Assembly: GCF_009914755.1 (NCBI RefSeq)
Contig: NC_060928.1
Source of the DNA: the human T2T-CHM13v2.0 reference genome, Homo sapiens
Reading direction: 5' to 3' (one strand)
DNA: 64,000 nt
The first letter of the stretch is position 1. The number at the start of each line of letters is the position of its first letter. Both the position numbers and the translations under genes were made by a program. This document shows, piece by piece, positions 62,276 to 64,000 of this stretch. The notes under the pieces are model-generated. The model ran no database searches. It worked only from the letters and a program-made list of their open reading frames with translations, and was not told where the DNA came from.

Positions 62276-64000
62276 TTGATATTTTATGTACAGTATATAA
62301 TACATACTTTGGTACTTTTATGTTTCATGTACAGTATATAATATATAGTTTGGGTACTTTGATATTTTATGTACAGTATATAATACATAGTTTGGGTATT
62401 TTGATATTTTATGTACAGTGTATAATACATACTTTGGGTACTTTGATATTTTATGTACAGTATGTAATATATAGTTTGGGTACATTGATATTTTATGTGC
62501 AGTATATAACACATACTTTCGGTAGTTGGATATTTTATGTACAGTATATAATACATACTTTCGGTACTTCGATATTTGATGTACAGTATACTATATATAG
62601 ATGGGTACTTTGATATTTTATGTCGGGTATAAAATAAATAGTTTTGGTACTTAGATATTTTATGTACAGTGTATAGTTTGAGTACTTTGATATTTTATGT
62701 ACAGTTTGTTATAAATGGGTGCTTTCATATTTTATGTACAGTATATAATACATACTATGGGCACTTTGATATTTTATGTACAGTATATAATACATACTTT
62801 GGGTACTTTGATATTTTATGCACACTACATAATACATACTTTGGGTACTTTGATATTTTATGTACAGTATGTAATACATAATTTGGGTACTTTTATATTT
62901 TATGTATAGTATATAATACTTACTTTGGGTACTTTGATATTTTATGGACAGTGTATAATACATACTTTGGGTACTTTGATATTTTATGTACAGTATATAA
63001 CATATAGTGTGGGTAATTTGATATTTTATATACAGTATATAATACATAATTTGGGTACTTTGATATTTTATGTACAGTATATAATACATACTTTGGGTAC
63101 TTTGATATTTCATGCACAGTATACAATATATAGTTTGAGTACTTTGATATTTTATGTACTGTATAAAATATATAGTTTTGGTACTTTGATATTTTATGTA
63201 CAGTATATAGTTTGAGTACTTTGATATTTTATGTACAGTTTGTTATAAATGCTTGGGTGCTTTCATATTTTATGTACAGTATATAATACATACTTTGGGC
63301 ACTTTGATATCTTATGTACAGTATATAATACATACTTTGGGTTCTCTGATATTTTCTGTACAGTGTATAATACATACTTTGGGTACTTTGATATTTTATG
63401 TACAATATATAATACATACGTTGGGAACTTTGATATATTATGTACAGTATATAATACATACTTTGGGTACTTTGATATTTTATCTACAGTATACAACACA
63501 TAGTTTGTATACTTTGATATTTTATGTACAGTATATAATACATACTTTGGGTACTTTGATATTTTATGTACAGTACATAATACATACTTTGGGTATTTTC
63601 ATATTTTATGTACAGTATATAATATATAGTTTGGTTACTTTGATATTTTATCTACAGTTTATAATACATACTTTGGATACTTTGAAACTTTATGTACAGT
63701 ATATAATACGTAATTTGGGTAGTTTGATATTTTATGTACAGTATACAATATATAGTTTGAGTACTTTAATATTTTATGTGCAGTATAAAATATATAGTTT
63801 TGGTACTTTCATATTTTATGTACAGTATATAGTTTGAGTACTTTGATATTTTATGTACAGTTTTTTATAAATGTTTGGGTGCTTTCATATTTTATGTACA
63901 GTATATAATACATACTAAGGGCACTTTGATATTTTATGTACAGTATATAATACATACTTTGGGTACTTTGATATTTTATGTACGGTATATAATACATACA

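Larger units (their letters stand above)
1..64000. repeat. HSat1A (classical human satellite I, SAR) 42-bp tandem satellite array; runs off both window edges
   Basis: Seen: about 1,500 head-to-tail copies of GTACTTTGATATTTTATGTACAGTATATAATACATACTTTGG, about 76% AT, one orientation, two GTAC sites per monomer spaced 17 and 25 bp. Knowledge: satellite I is defined by alternating 17-bp and 25-bp RsaI units; the minus strand reads ACATAAAATATCAAAGT + ACCCAAAGTATGTATTATATACTGT. Family assigned from recall, not from a database search. Confidence 0.95.

Noticed and set aside
105-63837. Hundreds of ORFs of 60-320 aa with 14-aa periodicity (GTLIFYVQYIIHTL, YFDILCTVYNTYFG, YYILYIKYQSTQSM, YVLYTVHKISKYPK)
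   Set aside because: 42 bp is 14 codons and the consensus is stop-free in 4 of 6 frames, so overlapping ORFs on both strands are automatic. They end at random variant stops or at off-length monomers, show no protein domain, and have no sign of frame-preserving selection.
1-64000. CRISPR-like look: fairly constant GTACTTTGATATTTTATGTACAG plus a more variable remainder
   Set aside because: The apparent spacers are all homologous variants of one sequence rather than unique sequences, and there is no leader or cas gene.
1-64000. TATAAT / TATAAA boxes in almost every monomer as promoters
   Set aside because: These are part of the AT-rich repeat unit, with no associated gene or other promoter context.
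1-64000. A single fixed higher-order period for the window
   Set aside because: Observed offsets (1252, 3664/3706, 4166, 14408-14451, 26856, 33720, 40180) are not multiples of one unit, and cassette lengths vary from about 0.2 to 1.8 kb.
1-64000. Assignment to a specific chromosome or species, or a centromere function
   Set aside because: There is no unique flank or alpha satellite in the window, so this needs mapping to T2T assemblies.

Overview
The whole 64-kb window is one uninterrupted, single-orientation, AT-rich tandem satellite. Its 42-bp consensus is GTACTTTGATATTTTATGTACAGTATATAATACATACTTTGG (10/42 GC), with two GTAC (RsaI) sites giving 17-bp and 25-bp sub-units. This matches, from memory, human classical satellite I / HSat1A (RepeatMasker 'SAR'), found at some centromeres and on acrocentric short arms of human and great apes. 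I see no genes, RNA genes, transposon insertions, CRISPR arrays or inversions. All ORFs in the track are artefacts of a 14-codon monomer that is stop-free in 4 of 6 frames. I found no new biological system. What is notable is the internal architecture: variable-length cassettes bounded by a conserved six-monomer signature containing a 35-bp and a 41-bp monomer; a recurring order of cassette families; a mosaic of multi-kb duplications; an inferred 12,407-bp deletion junction; a length-neutral conversion-like tract; and small local 3-mer and 6-mer amplifications. Offsets come from the ORF track and breakpoints were checked by eye, so they may be off by up to one monomer.
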